This document shows positions 1 through 13,673 of a stretch of DNA of 64,000 bases, in pieces. How positions within the stretch are numbered: the stretch's first letter is position 1; the number at the start of each line of letters is the position of its first letter. The notes below the pieces were generated by a model, which saw nothing but the letters and a program-made list of their open reading frames with translations, was not told the origin of the DNA and made no database searches. Origin of the DNA: Octopus vulgaris (lineage: Eukaryota); the NCBI GenBank assembly GCA_951406725.2, contig OX597825.1, positions 8,184,001-8,248,000 on the forward strand. The letters run 5' to 3'. Both the position numbers and the translations under genes were made by a program.

Positions 1-181
1 TTTAATATCATACCTTTCAAACATATTCAGTATTTGAGTCCTATTGACAAGTACTTTAATTAAATAATTAAATAAATATTTGTATCTGCAATACATCCTT
101 ATATATTCCTTCCACAATCTCCCCTGAGAGCTCGTTTTTATTTACTTTTTACGTATTATGTTATCTGTCCAATTACACTTT

Positions 182-1060
182 ATACAGTCGGGCTGCACAG
201 CATGAGATCATTACTACGATGGATGCATGCTTTGATTCTCCTAATATAAAACGTACTCATCTCACTGCTGAGTCACTTCGGTGCCATATTCGGAATATTA
301 CTTCAGATAACGAACAAATCCACTTGACACGTGCATTTAATCAAACTCCACTTGTTAAGTGTTTCCGGTGAAAAATATTACGATCAAGACGGAAATTTGA
401 CCTGTACAAAACGAAAGTGAGTCATGTACCAGACCAAAGTAGGAAATCTAGTTATATGTAATCGAATTTGGCATAGCCTGATATAGGAGGCGCTTCATTA
501 TATTTTCATACTTAGTGTGATCAACTGCATGATGTTTCTAGAAGAAACAGTAAAACAGACAGTTGGGTGTAGGCCGTGCCAAGTCTTCCATCAGGACGGA
601 TGCAATAAGTGTATACACGTGTTCAGATAGGAACAGTTCGCACCACAGAGAACATTAAATTTGCTACGCTGAAAGCAACAGCATTAAACCGAACTAAAAA
701 CATTAAAGTGATCACGTTTGAGTGGGAAGCTACAAAATGCACTATCTCGGGCCCTTTGGAACAGAAGGAAGAAGACTGGAGAATTTGACAAATTTTAAAA
801 TTGTTTAGTTAAAATGATATAAGGTCCCCAGTTTTCGAAACCATTAAGAACACCCAGGGGTATTAGTCCGCGTCAAAGATGTTTATGGCCATCTGTATGC
901 AAGCAAATCCTTTGAAGTTTTGTGTATTTAAAAACAAATTAACTGCATTGGTGTCACTGATCCACGAGTGTTTGTGAAGTCGAATGTGTAAAATACTTCC
1001 CCACACATCAGACGAATAATAAAACATCAAAAAGTTGTCATGTAACCCCTGATTTCAACC
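182..1060 (+). mobile_element. Highly decayed Tc1/mariner-like transposase remnant (tentative)
   Basis: Isolated codon runs F-H-Q-D-G (ttccatcaggacgga, ~586) and V-R-T-T-E-N-I (~636) resemble the mariner FQQDGA and RTxENI motifs. No continuous ORF; boundaries approximate. Confidence 0.3.
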
Positions 1061-1603
1061 TATAAAATACATAGAAGGTTACACATTTCCATTAAGGTTC
1101 TAACTACTAAATTTATTTATTTTTATAACTCATAAAAGTGAGTCGGGTCATTCATCTATGTATCACATATCTGTAAAAGAGGAGGAGTTTGTTTTGATTA
1201 ATAGTGAAAGAAAAAGCAGATGTATTGAAAGGGGGATAGAAAAATATGAACAGAAAATATTCGTGGTGGGTAGAGGAAAATTGTAAAAGCTGTCAACTGA
1301 CAAATCTAATGAATTGCGATGTCAAAATATCCCTGATATTGTTTAACCTTCAGGTTTAATTCAGTCTCTCATTCTTAGTTCTCTACTAAACTTTCACTCT
1401 CATTTCTCAGCCTCATCTTGTTTGTGTTTCATTTTCTTAAAATACATAAGTATCTCAGTTTCGTTCTATTTCACCTCCACTCCCCGGTTTCTTCCCTCAC
1501 TCACTCTCCCACTGAATTTACAACCATGTCTTCTTATATTCTGTTTTTACAACTCTTTCCAGTTTACGGTAAATTTATTCCTATTTACTGTATTTCACGT
1601 ATT

Positions 1604-1619
1604 CTTCTCTCTCTTTCTC

Positions 1620-1655
<36 letters not shown>
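1604..1655. repeat. (CT)n microsatellite
   Basis: Seen directly. Confidence 0.95.
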
Positions 1656-4600
1656 ACGCATAATCAATGTCAAGCTCACGACGTATAAGGCAAAGCAACC
1701 ACGAAACAACCAGACTTTAAAGGAAAGAAAAGAATTATTCCTACCTGAGCAGGTGACAATTTCCTATTGAGAAAGACATTTGTTTGGTTAGAGCAGTAGG
1801 CCCTGAACTTTCTTGAGCTGTCATTCCTTCGTAACCTGGCCACATTCCTAGTACCCCTTATCCCCCAGCACCACGAACATTTTCTGAACCATTTTCTGAA
1901 CCAAATTCTAAACAAAAGTTTATCTCTCAAGTAAAACTTAACATAATTAACCCATCATTTTGGTTCTTTTACAACCATTGCCCTCTTTTTGCCACCCCAT
2001 CATCACCACATTTATCTCCCCCCCCCCACCGGGTTCTTTCCATCACCTCCAAGGCTGGAGGCAGTAGTGTTCACTTTGGTAACCGTTGGTTTAGAGCCTT
2101 GTCGCTTTCAGTTAATTATGGCATCATATATCGCAGTCTTCGTGAAGTAACAATCTGAAGTGTCATTAAAGGTAATGATCTAATTAAATAAATTTGAAAA
2201 ATATTCTTCCTCTGCTTATGAAGAAGAACTTATTCATTCGTTTATGTAAAACCTATAATTACAGTCACTAATAATGAAAATTGTCAGCAAGTATTAGTTA
2301 ACAGCTTGTTAGTAGGATTTATTTTAGAATTCATGCAAAAACGAAATAATTTTTAGTCTATGGGTGTATTGAGATCAGAACAAATTTTGAGTTTAATGAG
2401 AATATAAAAACGGATATATCACTTTCTCTAATTGTGCAATTTATAGCACTCTAAAGTGATAAATATATAAAATGAATCAAAGTTACGATATTTACGAGTC
2501 ACCTCATGCCATCTGAAATTTGGAATCAGAACTGGCTGCCTGTTTTTAACCAGGACAATTATTAATATCGGAATGGTAATGTTTAATAGTTTACAAAATA
2601 ACAGAATGATAGTTGCGTTATACGTTGGAAATATTAGCTCTAAATAATGTGTGCCATATATTACAGGAGGGAAAACAATTGCGGAGAATAGTCATAAGCT
2701 AATGTATTTATTGTAAGAGAAAATCATCTAAGCTGTGACCTAATAAACCCAATAAAATATAACAAAATTAAGAAATAAAGAACTTAAAAATAACAAGGCT
2801 GATATAAATCAACGTGGGAAAAGTAATCAAACGTAATAAGCATGAAGGAGGAAATATCCAAAAGAGAAACACGAGCAAAATAATGGTGTGCCTAATAAAT
2901 AGCATTGAAATATCATATGACTAACAAACAAAAACATGACCTTTTATAAACCATAATGGAATATATATATCACGCACGAACAAGATAACGTTTAATGACA
3001 CGGAATTCGATATGAGATTATAGTCTTTTGAATTGTCAATGAAAAATCGTGACGATAAATAGTAGGAGAGATATCAGAGTGATAAAAAAATGAATAAAAT
3101 CTACATTATTGTTTTATTTCGTCATGTATTTAAAATAAAACAGAAATCTACTTTTGTGGTGTATTTGATTTTTGCATTAAGTCACAAGTTGTTTATAAAA
3201 TTAATAAATAGCAGTTTGTATATTAATACATACATTCACAGTTATTTGAGAAGCTCATGTTATACGTTATGTACACGCATATATTTTAGTATACACACAT
3301 GCATATATTTTAGTATATTTATGCTCTGTACTTTTTTAGTAACTGCCTTGATGTGACACGATATATTAAAACTGAAGTCGTTATACTAGTACAAAAGACA
3401 TTTTAAACATGTAAAACGCACACGAAAAATATTCACTGTTCTTTGAGATTGCGACGAGAATATATTTTCGTCGCAACTCTGCAATCTTTTGTCTGTATTC
3501 GTAAAAATCAAGTCCAGACGAGTTTTCGTTGATATCAGATGTATTTCTATGAGTTCATTATTTTTTCCTCTCTTTCCCCTTTGTGCTATTATCCAGTACA
3601 TATACCCCAGTTATAAAGATATTCTTTGATCACATGATGTATGTTACATTAAATGAATTTCAGATACAACCATACATTTTATTATTATTATTTATTTGTA
3701 AGCATCATTATTACCATTTGTTGTATGGTTATGTAAATATCTAACGTATTTTCTGCTATCTCATCTCATAGTAAAAATCTATAGGTGTGTTTGTGTTCGT
3801 AAATTTAACTTAGCAATTAAATGAGGTGAGTTTATATATTTATGTCGGAAGAATTTGACAAATGAAGTAACTATGTTAGTTTGTGTGTGTGTGTGTGTGT
3901 GTGTATGTGTTTGTCTCTCTGTGTAGAAGTATGTGTGCACTTACACTTGTTAATTCCCACACACATACACACGCATTTACACGTTTGCAAATTAACACAT
4001 GAAAATGTTCGTGAAGTAACTTATCAAATCAATGTTACCTTCATTAAACTTACTGTGGATAGTGTGTACTTAATCTGGTACAGAGTGTGATAATTTACAA
4101 GTGTTAGCATCTTGTAATAAGCATCTTGTCATATATAGGTATATGACAGTTGTTAATGTGCTACAATATGGTCAAAGAAAATAATTACTTTGCATAGTTG
4201 TTCCACTAATTACTGAAATGTGACTCTTTTATAGCTTTTGTATCACAAGGCTAGATTATGCAGATTGGGTTTTTTTTTCATTAAAGACTAATTTTTACAT
4301 CCTTAAATTGGTGTCACAGTAGGGGCAAGAGCATCTACCTTTATGATTTTGGTACTGTGAATATTTAAAGGGTTGCATAATAGTCTAGTACTCCAGTACT
4401 CTAGTTGAATTGTTCTCTAATGCTTTACAACACATACTCTAGCTCTGACAACGCAGCGTTCGAAATTTGAAAAATTGGAAAAATCGAAAATTGGAAACTT
4501 TGAAAAATCAAATTGAAAAATCGAACGCATGTACCTACTTATGTGCCTCTCCGCATTACTTTACTTGTTCCTTCTTTATTCTGCAATATCCTCTAACTAT

Positions 4601-4739
4601 TCTCTTACTAAAACTTACCGGCTCTAATTTTAGTGCTATACACTACCAGATGTTGACCGCTGACCCCGTCAACTTCTGCTGATGTGGTTCTCTAAACCGC
4701 TCTCTGTAATATAGGAGAACCGCAAAAGAAGTTCAGTTT

Positions 4740-5680
4740 CCAGTCACCGAGAACTTTTTCTGTGCTTTGTATCTACATCAATTTTGTGTAGCCGACCTCT
4801 TTGGATTGTGGACAACTTATGCTATCTTAATCTACTGGCCTACAATAATCCATGACACTCTCTGGACGTCCCTGTGCTATTTATTCCTGCTCACACACGC
4901 TAGGGATGAATCACAGGCTTTGGTAATCCATTGCGATTAGTAACAGAAAATTTGTCTCAGGTAGTTTTTAATCTGCAACTGCCATTTTTTCCGGCATTAT
5001 CTTTTGGATTGTTTTGTAGATAGCAGCTTCTAGATTGGAATTTTTTGCCGGGTGAATTCAGATACGTTTAAGAATACATTTCGTTCAAACATCGAGAGCA
5101 TGTTGTTCTTGCTGTTTTTTCTTCCACATTTTTGTGGCGATAAAACAATACTTTCTCTCCGTCAGAGACACGCCAACGCTAGATTTGCAAGTCGTGGTCT
5201 CTTAGACTATTGTATCGGTGTGAATGGAGATGACGATTGTGGAGGTGGAAGTTTGTTGAGGCGATAATGAAACAGTTGACGTTTTTCTACTAAATTTTAT
5301 GTTGTTTCCCTTTCAAAACAACATTTAGTCATTGTGGATTCGATCGTCACTTTTGGTGGCTGCAGTCGCGGTCGTGGCGATGCTTTGTATTAAATGCAGC
5401 AACAAAGCATGGCAATTTTTTTCAATCTATATTCGGAGACCTTGATATTTTGACGAAAATGTCGACGACATGCTGTCTCTATTGTAAAAGAAATGAGTAA
5501 ATTTTACAAAATAACTCAGGAAAAGAGAAAAGCGGAGCCAACCAGCACCTTATACCATTTGTGATTGAATGCGACACACGAAGCAACCATTTTGAATACA
5601 AATCATTGAAATAGACTTAATTCAAAACAAGTTTTTTCTGTGGCTCAAAGCGAATTTGTTGCTAGCGCAAAAACCAACAG
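4740..5680 (-). mobile_element. Decayed Gypsy-type gag/protease remnant, interrupted by the foldback element
   Basis: Minus-strand fragments: N-V-C-W-F across the foldback insertion site (gag 'WF..LE' like), LFYRHKNVEEKTARTTC (similar to the CxYHxxxGxxAxxC knuckle) and VDT (protease-like) near 4760. Lies downstream of the LTR-like repeat at 6425-6590 in the same orientation. Many frameshifts. Confidence 0.35.
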
Positions 5681-5684
5681 ACGT

Positions 5685-6388
5685 AGCTAGGAATCAGAAA
5701 ATAATCCGAACATTTTACAGTGGCACAAAATAAAATATAGATGTTTTCGATCTAATTTGGATTCTTTGCCATCAAATTTGAATTCTTTGCAATCAAATTT
5801 GAATTCTTTGCATCAAATTTGAATCCTTTGCCATCAAATGTGAATCTTTCAATTGGTGCTCAAGCCTTGACAAAATAGAAAGTTAAACCACATCAGCCGT
5901 AAGGGAATACATGTCTATCTAATCTAACTCGTCCAGTAGAGCCCACCAATTGATATCTGAAAAGTTCGATGAAATAACTCATGAACACTACGATAGCTTC
6001 TAGCAAAAGATGCTCCGTTCTAAACTGGTCTGAAGAAGGGGAGATAATAGAAAAAGAATCATTCGTTTATTATCTCCCCTTGTTCAGACCGGTTCAAAAC
6101 GGAGCATCTTTCGGTAGAAGCAGTGTTCATGAGGTATTTCATCGAACTTTTCAGGTATCAATTGGTGGGCTCTACTGGACGAGCTTGATAAGATAGACAT
6201 GTATTCCCTTACGGCTGATGAAGTTTAACTTACTTTTTTTTTTTCAAAGCTTGAGCATCAATCGAAAAAATTAAATTTGATTGCAAAGGATTCAAATTTA
6301 ATGGCAAAGAATCCAAATTATATCGAACACATCTATATTTTATTTTGTGCCACTGTAAAATGTTCGGATTATTTTCTGATTCCTAACT
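5685..6388. mobile_element. 704-bp foldback (palindromic) non-autonomous DNA element
   Basis: The left arm (agctaggaatcagaaaataatccgaacattttacagtggcac...) is the reverse complement of the right arm (...gtgccactgtaaaatgttcggattattttctgattcctaact), up to a short loop near 6050-6066. Flanked by ACGT at 5681-5684 and 6389-6392. Contains internal ~21-bp tandem units (aaatttgaattctttgccatc). Confidence 0.9.
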
Positions 6389-6424
6389 ACGTTTCGTAAT
6401 TTGGCGATTGTTGAAGCTACGTGT

Positions 6425-6590
6425 TGTGTGGACGCCCCCAGACAATGAAATAGGCTAGTCCAAAACGTAGATATAGATGGAGAAGCCTAGACGTCAAAGG
6501 AGTGGCGGTCAAAGTTGAGATTTGAGTAGCAGTCGTAGTCGACTAGAACAAAGCAGCAGCAGAGTAGAGTTGAGTAGAGGCATCCGAACG
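6425..6590 (-). mobile_element. Short LTR-like/TIR-bounded dispersed repeat, copy 1
   Basis: Reverse complement aligns by eye with 13312-13673 (gttcggaYgcctcta...ctatatctacgt...ctagcctaYttcatYgtctgggggcgtcc). Ends are inverted repeats (cgttcggacgcc / ggcgtccgaaca). Confidence 0.7.
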
Positions 6591-6899
6591 TGTGACATAA
6601 TAGTGACGACGAGAATGAGTATAGTATTGCGATTATAACACTAGGACATACCTTATGATTGTTTCAACCAGCTTACATAGGAAAGCTTCATCGTAATTTT
6701 ATGAAGGCAGTATATACATGTTTGATGGGTTGTATCTGTCGCGCAAGACTGATGAGTGAAGATTGATCTAAATAAAGGTGGATGTGTTGGAGATAACAGT
6801 TTACAGATCATTTATAGGAGGGAGTGCATAGATGTTGAAACAGAAATATAGGGTGCACGGGATTTGAGAGAGTGGGTCATAGAGATATTTATCAGTCGA

Positions 6900-7200
6900 T
6901 TTTGGATAATGAAATATGACAGATACCAACACAAGAAGCGAAAACGTCAGAGGATCCATTGAAGAATCTCTCGGTTGAATGTTTCGTTGGCGTCAAGTGC
7001 AAAACATTGATTTCCCTGAAATGCTCTGCGTGACACCGGAAATCAACACCGCAGTAAATGTATTTCTACCGGAGTCAGTTAAGACGGGATGGTGTTTAAT
7101 GGGACGGAAGAAGTGATTCTTAATTAGCACTACTGGAATTGAACAAGATTAGGTCGATTAGGTCGATATAAGGATTAACAAGATTAGCTTCACTTCCCGA
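6900..7200 (-). mobile_element. Possible Penelope GIY-YIG endonuclease remnant
   Basis: Minus-strand A-E-H-F-R-E-I (gcagagcatttcagggaaatc) resembles the PLE 'RFxEHxRxI' motif. Otherwise decayed. Confidence 0.2.
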
Positions 7201-7244
7201 AAATAGGCCAGATTGCACAGTGTTTCCCATATTTCCGATACATC

Positions 7245-7610
7245 CATATCTCTCTCTTTTTCTCTCTGTCGCTCTCTGTTTCTCTCTCTTTCTCTATCTC
7301 TTCTTCTCACTCCTTCTCTCTCCTTCTTTCGCTCTCTCTCCCTCTTTCACTCTCTCTCTCCTTCTCTCGCTTTCTTTCTCTCTCCCTCTCTTTCTATCTC
7401 CCCCTCTCTCTTCATCCCTCTCTCTTTCTCCACTCCCTCTTTCTCCATATCTCCCTCCCTCTCTCACCCTTGATTCCTCTCCTTCTCTCTCTCACTCTTG
7501 ATTCCTCTCCCTCTCTCTCTCTCACCCTTGATTCCTCTCCCTCTCTCTCTCACCCTTGATTCCTCTCCCTCTTCCTCTATTTCTTTCTCCCCTCTCGGCT
7601 CTCTCTCTCT
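7245..7610. repeat. Pyrimidine-rich (CT) low-complexity tract including 4 x ~28-bp tandem units (cacccttgattcctctccctctctctct)
   Basis: Seen directly; units at ~7465-7570. Confidence 0.9.
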
Positions 7611-9116
7611 GAAAAGAGAAAGCGAGAGAGAACCATAAAAAAAATGACTGAAGAAACGAAAAGATCTAACTCTATTTTAATGTTAGGAAAAAGACCATTT
7701 CGATAGATGTCATTCGATGTTTTTTTCCGTGGGATATGTATATATTGGCGAAATACAGAAGGATAAAACAAATGAAATCGTGCTGAATATGTGCAACTTA
7801 GTGTCGGAAACACAACGGTCTAAGAATGCGAAATCCTTCTCTACTTATGTAATTGCGCTTATGGCGTTTATTCTCAGTTATTGGCGATTCTTACGAAAGG
7901 GGCAGAAGTAACATTTCGGCTTTGGCAGTTAACTTAACTTATGTAAAATATTTTTGTAAACATTTCATTCACACAATATTATTTCGAACTCGGATGAAAT
8001 AGCAGATAAACAACGTATTATATGTTATTTTATATATTTCACTATCAGAAATTATATCCTTAAAAAATGTCATATTAACCCGACTAACATTTGCTGTAGC
8101 GATGTTTGATAATTACATCATGTATTAAATTCCGAGGGGCTTTAAGAGTTTATGCGACAGCAATGTGGATTTTGTTATGAATCCAAATATCCCTAAATTG
8201 TCCACTATAAACTACATTTGAATTTGCTGTCACTGCAGTAAAAAGAATGCACGATGTTGTGCAGATAATTGTTTGAAAACGGTAATAAAGTTATCAGTTT
8301 TAGGTTTGTCTTTGAAGCCAGTAAAATAACTGTTAATTAAATTGAACAAAATGGTTGACTTTTATCTCAAACAATGGCATAATGCTAATCTAGAAATATC
8401 GATACGGATCACTTAAAAATATTTCATCTACAAATATCAATCGCCCTTTCACACAAGTATTTTTTGACATGTCAAATATACAATTATTGTATATTTTGCT
8501 CCTTGTGGACTATCCAACTACATTAATTCTATAGGCATACCTGTTACATACAAGCGCAGCGTCCGTTAGCTGCCTTTTCAAAACAGATTGGCGCCATCTT
8601 TTCCAGACAATCCTGTGATAATAACTCAGTCATAAACCCAAACCTTTTCTCAATTTTTGCAATAAATATTTTTCAACAACGCAAACATTATTTTGAAGAT
8701 TATTCTATTATATCATTGTTCTTGTAATTCTACAGCTGTTTGTCATTTACATTTGTGTGACAAATCAAAATATCTTCTCCCTGGTAAAAATATTCTGCCA
8801 TAAAATTATAAAGATAACAATTCCATTCTAATCTGAGGCGATCTCCGTATATAGCGAAATTACGGAGTTTGATCGGATCGGAAGATACTATATTGTGAAA
8901 CGTTCGTTTTAATTGTCATGGGCATTCTATTTGGAATTTTCTTATAAGAAATGTGTTCTTAATAAAAACATATGCTAACATGGAGTTTAATAGGACAGTG
9001 GAAGTAGTGTGTTATTTGTAAGGGCGGCTTGAATTTTGATCATCCACTTGTAGGAAGATTGCTAAAGTTCGTTGTATATTCTCTGAGAACGGTGAGATCG
9101 ATGCCGATAAGATACC

Positions 9117-9318
9117 TATTTCTTTATTACCCACAAGGGGCTAAACATAGAGAGGACAAACAAGGACAGACGTAGGTATTAAGTCGATTACATCGACCCC
9201 AGTGCGTAACTGGTACTTAATTTATCGACCCCGAAAGGATGAAAGGCAAAGTCGACCTCGGCGGAATTTGAACTCACAACGTAACGGCAGACGAAATACC
9301 GCTAAGCATTTCGCCCGA
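9117..9318 (-). mobile_element. tRNA-derived SINE family A, 5'-truncated, with 12-bp TSD
   Basis: Reverse complement matches 14298-14529. TSD cgataagatacc at 9105-9116 and 9319-9330. Confidence 0.92.
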
Positions 9319-9379
9319 CGATAAGATACCGTCTACAATGTCGTAGGTCAACACCTACAGGGAAATGGGCCGACTTTCT

Positions 9380-9900
9380 GAGAATGAATGCCTAGAAATA
9401 ATTTTTTGTCTTGGGGTAAGATGTTGAATAGGACAAGCGTGAATTGAGATAAATAGATGAATGGTTCGGAGGGGGTCTGAGTGATGAATGTAAGTGACCA
9501 ACTAGCAGCGAGGAGAACAGGCTATCACAGAAGTGGAAGAAAACACGGAAAGAAAAACATGGGATTGTGGATCAATGACTGAAGTGTGACTAATAATGAT
9601 TGGAGGTTAATTAGTTAAGTGAATTTTGGCGAATGAAGTCCAGGATATCTAACTGTGTAGCAGATAAACCTTAAAACTATGAGCAGTATTCCATTAAGGG
9701 CCTAACTTGAGCGCAGTAGGACATCTTCTGCAAGCGTGTAATAGAATGGTTAGTTTTTTTTATGCCATCTTAGCTATTCTACGGATGCGCTTTGGCCAGT
9801 ATTAATAATCGGTGATAGCAAAGCCCAATATTTGGGTAATTGTGAAGCGAGGTTTCTAGGTAAGTGCCTCTCATATTCTTCTTTCAAATAAACAAACATT
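9380..9900 (-). mobile_element. CR1/Jockey-group LINE ORF2 remnant
   Basis: Minus strand reads YCAQVRPLMEYCS*F*GLSATQLDILDFI (cf. LYKAQVRPxMEYCSxxW...LDRIQ, C-terminal to the RT), then TLQSL.H...; also YPNIG..IT.. resembling the endonuclease 'GDFN' region. Confidence 0.6.
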
Positions 9901-10432
9901 GGAATCTGCAGCACTTAAGAGATAATCTAGAAATGGACCCATTGGGAGATACTCTGGAAGCTTTAAGTGTAGCCTGTGTTGAGCATGGATATTGTACGGT
10001 CGGAGAATATGACAGATGCAAAAGAACGGGCATGGCATGATATCGCAGCATGCGTGTCATTGAGGTACGGAAGCGAGTGAGGGAAAAAACGCATCACTGG
10101 GGAACACCACCTGTCGCAGGATATGATAGTTTATTTATGCCATTGTAGACTATTGGTGGGGTTTCTATGACAGTTTACGCCGTAAATAGTTTTTTTTTTG
10201 TATGTGTGTTTTGTTAATAATATTTCTATACATTAATGCTTCTTTACAAGATGCTTAGTCTTCGTGAAAAGCATTCGAAACATTTGTAAAATCCGTTTCA
10301 TTTTCTAAAAATATTTTTACTATAAACTCACTAACGAAATTTGCCAGGAAGATAATTCATAACCACCCAGAAGTAAAAGTCGCGTTTGTTGTACTTATTT
10401 TCTTTATAAAAATCCTACTTTTAATATCTGTT

Positions 10433-10484
10433 TTGTACTAAGAAAATGGGAATATGAATATATATGTATATATATATATATATA

Positions 10485-10548
<64 letters not shown>

Positions 10549-10736
10549 CGTATATGTATATATATATTTGTACTAAGAAAATGGGAATATGAATATATAT
10601 ATGTATATATATATATTCATATTCATGTATATATATATATATATATATATATACATACGTATATGTATATATGTATTTGTACTAATTAAAGGGGAATATG
10701 AATATATATATATATGTATATATATACATAGTCATA

Positions 10737-10785
<49 letters not shown>

Positions 10786-10865
10786 GTATATGTATATATA
10801 CATGTATATGTATCTGTATATGTATGTATATGTATATATATACATACATATATCTACGTATGTAT
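10433..10865. repeat. Minisatellite of three ~110-135-bp units, each containing (TA)n
   Basis: ttgtactaa(gaaaat)gggaatatgaatatatat recurs at ~10433, ~10568 and ~10677, each unit followed by tacgtatatgtatatat. Confidence 0.85.
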
Positions 10866-13077
10866 ATATTAATCGTAATAGTGGCAAAATTATTTGTCTT
10901 TCCAATTATATCCACCAATATAATCTTGATCCACAATGAAATTTTAACTACAAAGGGAAACATGGAGATTTAAGTGTCAGGAACATGAAACTTATCGAAC
11001 AGTATGGAGAGATAAGAGCCGATTATCTGCGGCAGTGGTCTACTTCGAACTTCATAAATTCATTTTTATAGACACAATGTTATCATATATACTACTTCAT
11101 TACAAATACGAAGGAAATTGACACATTGAGAAGCATTTAGCCGGATATTAAAACAGACACAGCCATTACAATTCATCTTATACTAGCAACGACATCATAT
11201 TTCTTAGCGTCTTGTCTGTAATTCCACTTTATGCACATTTAAACGATCGAATGGGATAAATGGCAGTGAACGGTGCTTGGAGAAATGAATAAAAATTTAG
11301 TTAAGTGCAATCATGAACTAGGAATTGAAAGCTCGCCAAAAATATTTAATTCCAAAACCATTTATAAAACAAAGTATCATACAAATCAAACAAGTTCACT
11401 CTCATATCTATGCTGTCCAACTTAGAAATTTTAATTATTTGTTAGATTAGTTTTATATTCAATAATGTAAGCGTCAATAGGTTATGATGAATATTCCATT
11501 ACCGATACAGTTTTCATATGCTTAACAGAATGGATTACATTGGCGAGGATCAAAAATTATGCAAACACACTGTATTCTTCGGCGAATATTTCATTCGCAT
11601 TCTACAATTTTCGTAGCTTGCAGATTACGAAACGAACCACCCACGCTATGCGCACAGGTATATATTTTGCTACAATAGAGAACGTTTGGAATGAATGCAG
11701 CCTATTGTTTAAATACAATAACCACGTGACTTCTACTTTCAATGGATAGATTTTATTGGTATGTGCAACAGTGTTTGCATGGATATGAATCATTTTATGC
11801 GTCTCCACATGAATTCATGTCTCTGCAGGATAAGAATGCGCGTGAGTGTATTTGCAAACTTTTTTCTTCACAGTTATTGATTTCCTTCGATAAATGTAGC
11901 TAAACTGTGATGTGGTGGAATGAGGGAGTCTTGCTTTGTCATTAAGATTTAATTTTCTTCCAGAAGCTATTCGTAAGACAGGCGTATTGACTAGCTTTTT
12001 CAAGGAAATACTAGTCGCGTTTGTCTTCTAGCATTATCAGGGCCTACTCCCCCATTCAATGTGATTCGCTTTAGCATCCTGTTTCTTAACTTTTGTATTT
12101 CTAATTTCATACAAGAAACAAAAAAAAAAAAAAACGAAAACCACACAAAACTGAAATAACAAACACAATTCAGTTGTTCAGCATAAAATTCAACATATTT
12201 CCTCATATTATTATTGATGTTTTTACTTTAAATTTTAATGAAACGATGACTAATCTAAACGACAAGAAATTTATACCACTAACAATGCCTCTACAGAAAG
12301 AAAAATAATGACTTAGATATCGTTTAGGCAATTCCGTGAACGAACGAATAATGAAAACAAAATTTCAAAGATGACGTTTCATCTGTGGAATATATTTATT
12401 TTTCTTTCTCAATAAAAATAAATAGAAAGAAAGTTTAAGCGAAGCCTAAAAAGGAAGGTGGGTATCTAAAGAACGTTCCTCAAATCTCCATTAAATTTGT
12501 TTCTAAAAGAAATTTTAAAAACACATATTAATCCGGTTGTTTTTATTATTCAGTTTTCATAATAATGAGCTTCTTACAGGAATATTAAATTCTTGAAGAA
12601 CGAGTTTTGGATCTATGTTAGAACATAATGTACTGTGATTTCGCATTATATAATTTGGACCCAGAGGGAAATTGGAGTTAATCGTTGCACGCCAAGGAAA
12701 CACTATTAATCCTTTCATTTCGCACTTCCTACTAAATACATTAACAGTGTTACAACCGATTTTGCCAAGAGAATTCCTCATTACATTTGAACAACCGTTT
12801 TCATAGGAATTCATTATATTCACAATTATTCACAAATACTGCCAAATGCCAAATATATTTGCTGATGAATATAAAGACCCTTCCGAAGAGCAACATCAGT
12901 TTCAATATATTTCAGAAGAAATTCAGTTAAAATAATTTGATTTCATATTTATTGAATCAACTCATACTGAGTCCATTTTGTTGCCAATAATATCGACAGT
13001 AACATTCAAAAAGATGTCATAAATATATGACAAATTTTCACAAAACATCATGTAATGATTTCTATAAATCAACAACT

Positions 13078-13300
13078 GTTATCCTTCGGCGTGCTGGTCG
13101 GTTCTGTTTCCTATGATGGAAACCCTCATTGATAGAAATATACGTTGGTCGGAACACGTACACAGGATGGACTGCAGTAGGCCCCCCGGATAACTATTTT
13201 ACTCCCATCTATGCAAAGGAAAGAGAAACCATAGAAGACCTAGACTGAGACTGAATGATGCTACAGAAAGAGATATGAAGCAGATAGAAATTGATTATCA
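13078..13300 (+). mobile_element. RTE-clade LINE 3' ORF remnant
   Basis: Translates with frameshifts as ILRRAG...LIDRNIRWSEHVHRMDCSRPP..LFYSHLCKGKRNHRRPRLRLNDATERDMKQIEID, the typical RTE C-terminus (LRWxGHVxRM...GxRxxGRP). Confidence 0.85.
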
Positions 13301-13311
13301 GTTATGTCCCT

Positions 13312-13673
13312 CGTTCGGACGCCTCTACAACTCAACTCTACCCTGTTATAGTTTTAACTACTGTACTCTTCTCTGACGACATCTAGACTTCTACCTCTAT
13401 ATCTACGTACTGGGAGCACGCCGGGCGAAATGCGTTGTTGTAATTCGTCTGCCGGTACGTTCTGTGTTCGAATTCCTCCGTGGTCGACTATGCCATTCAT
13501 CCTTTCGGGGTCGATTAAATAAGTACCATTAACGCACTGGGGTCGATGTAAATGACTTAATTCATTTGCCTGTCTTTGTTTGTCCCCTCTATGTTTAGCC
13601 CCTTGTGGGTAATAAAGAAACATATATCTACGTATTTTGCTAGCCTACTTCATCGTCTGGGGGCGTCCGAACA
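13312..13673 (+). mobile_element. Short LTR-like/TIR-bounded dispersed repeat, copy 2 (interrupted by a SINE)
   Basis: Begins cgttcggacgcc and ends ggcgtccgaaca; matches the reverse complement of 6425-6590. Confidence 0.7.
13410..13622 (+). mobile_element. tRNA-derived SINE family A, 5'-truncated, with 12-bp TSD
   Basis: Matches 14298-14529. TSD tatatctacgta at 13398-13409 and 13623-13634. Confidence 0.92.

Noticed and set aside
3449-3476. Small hairpin ttgcgacgagaat/attttcgtcgcaa
   Set aside because: Isolated, and not positioned as a Helitron 3' hairpin; no functional support.
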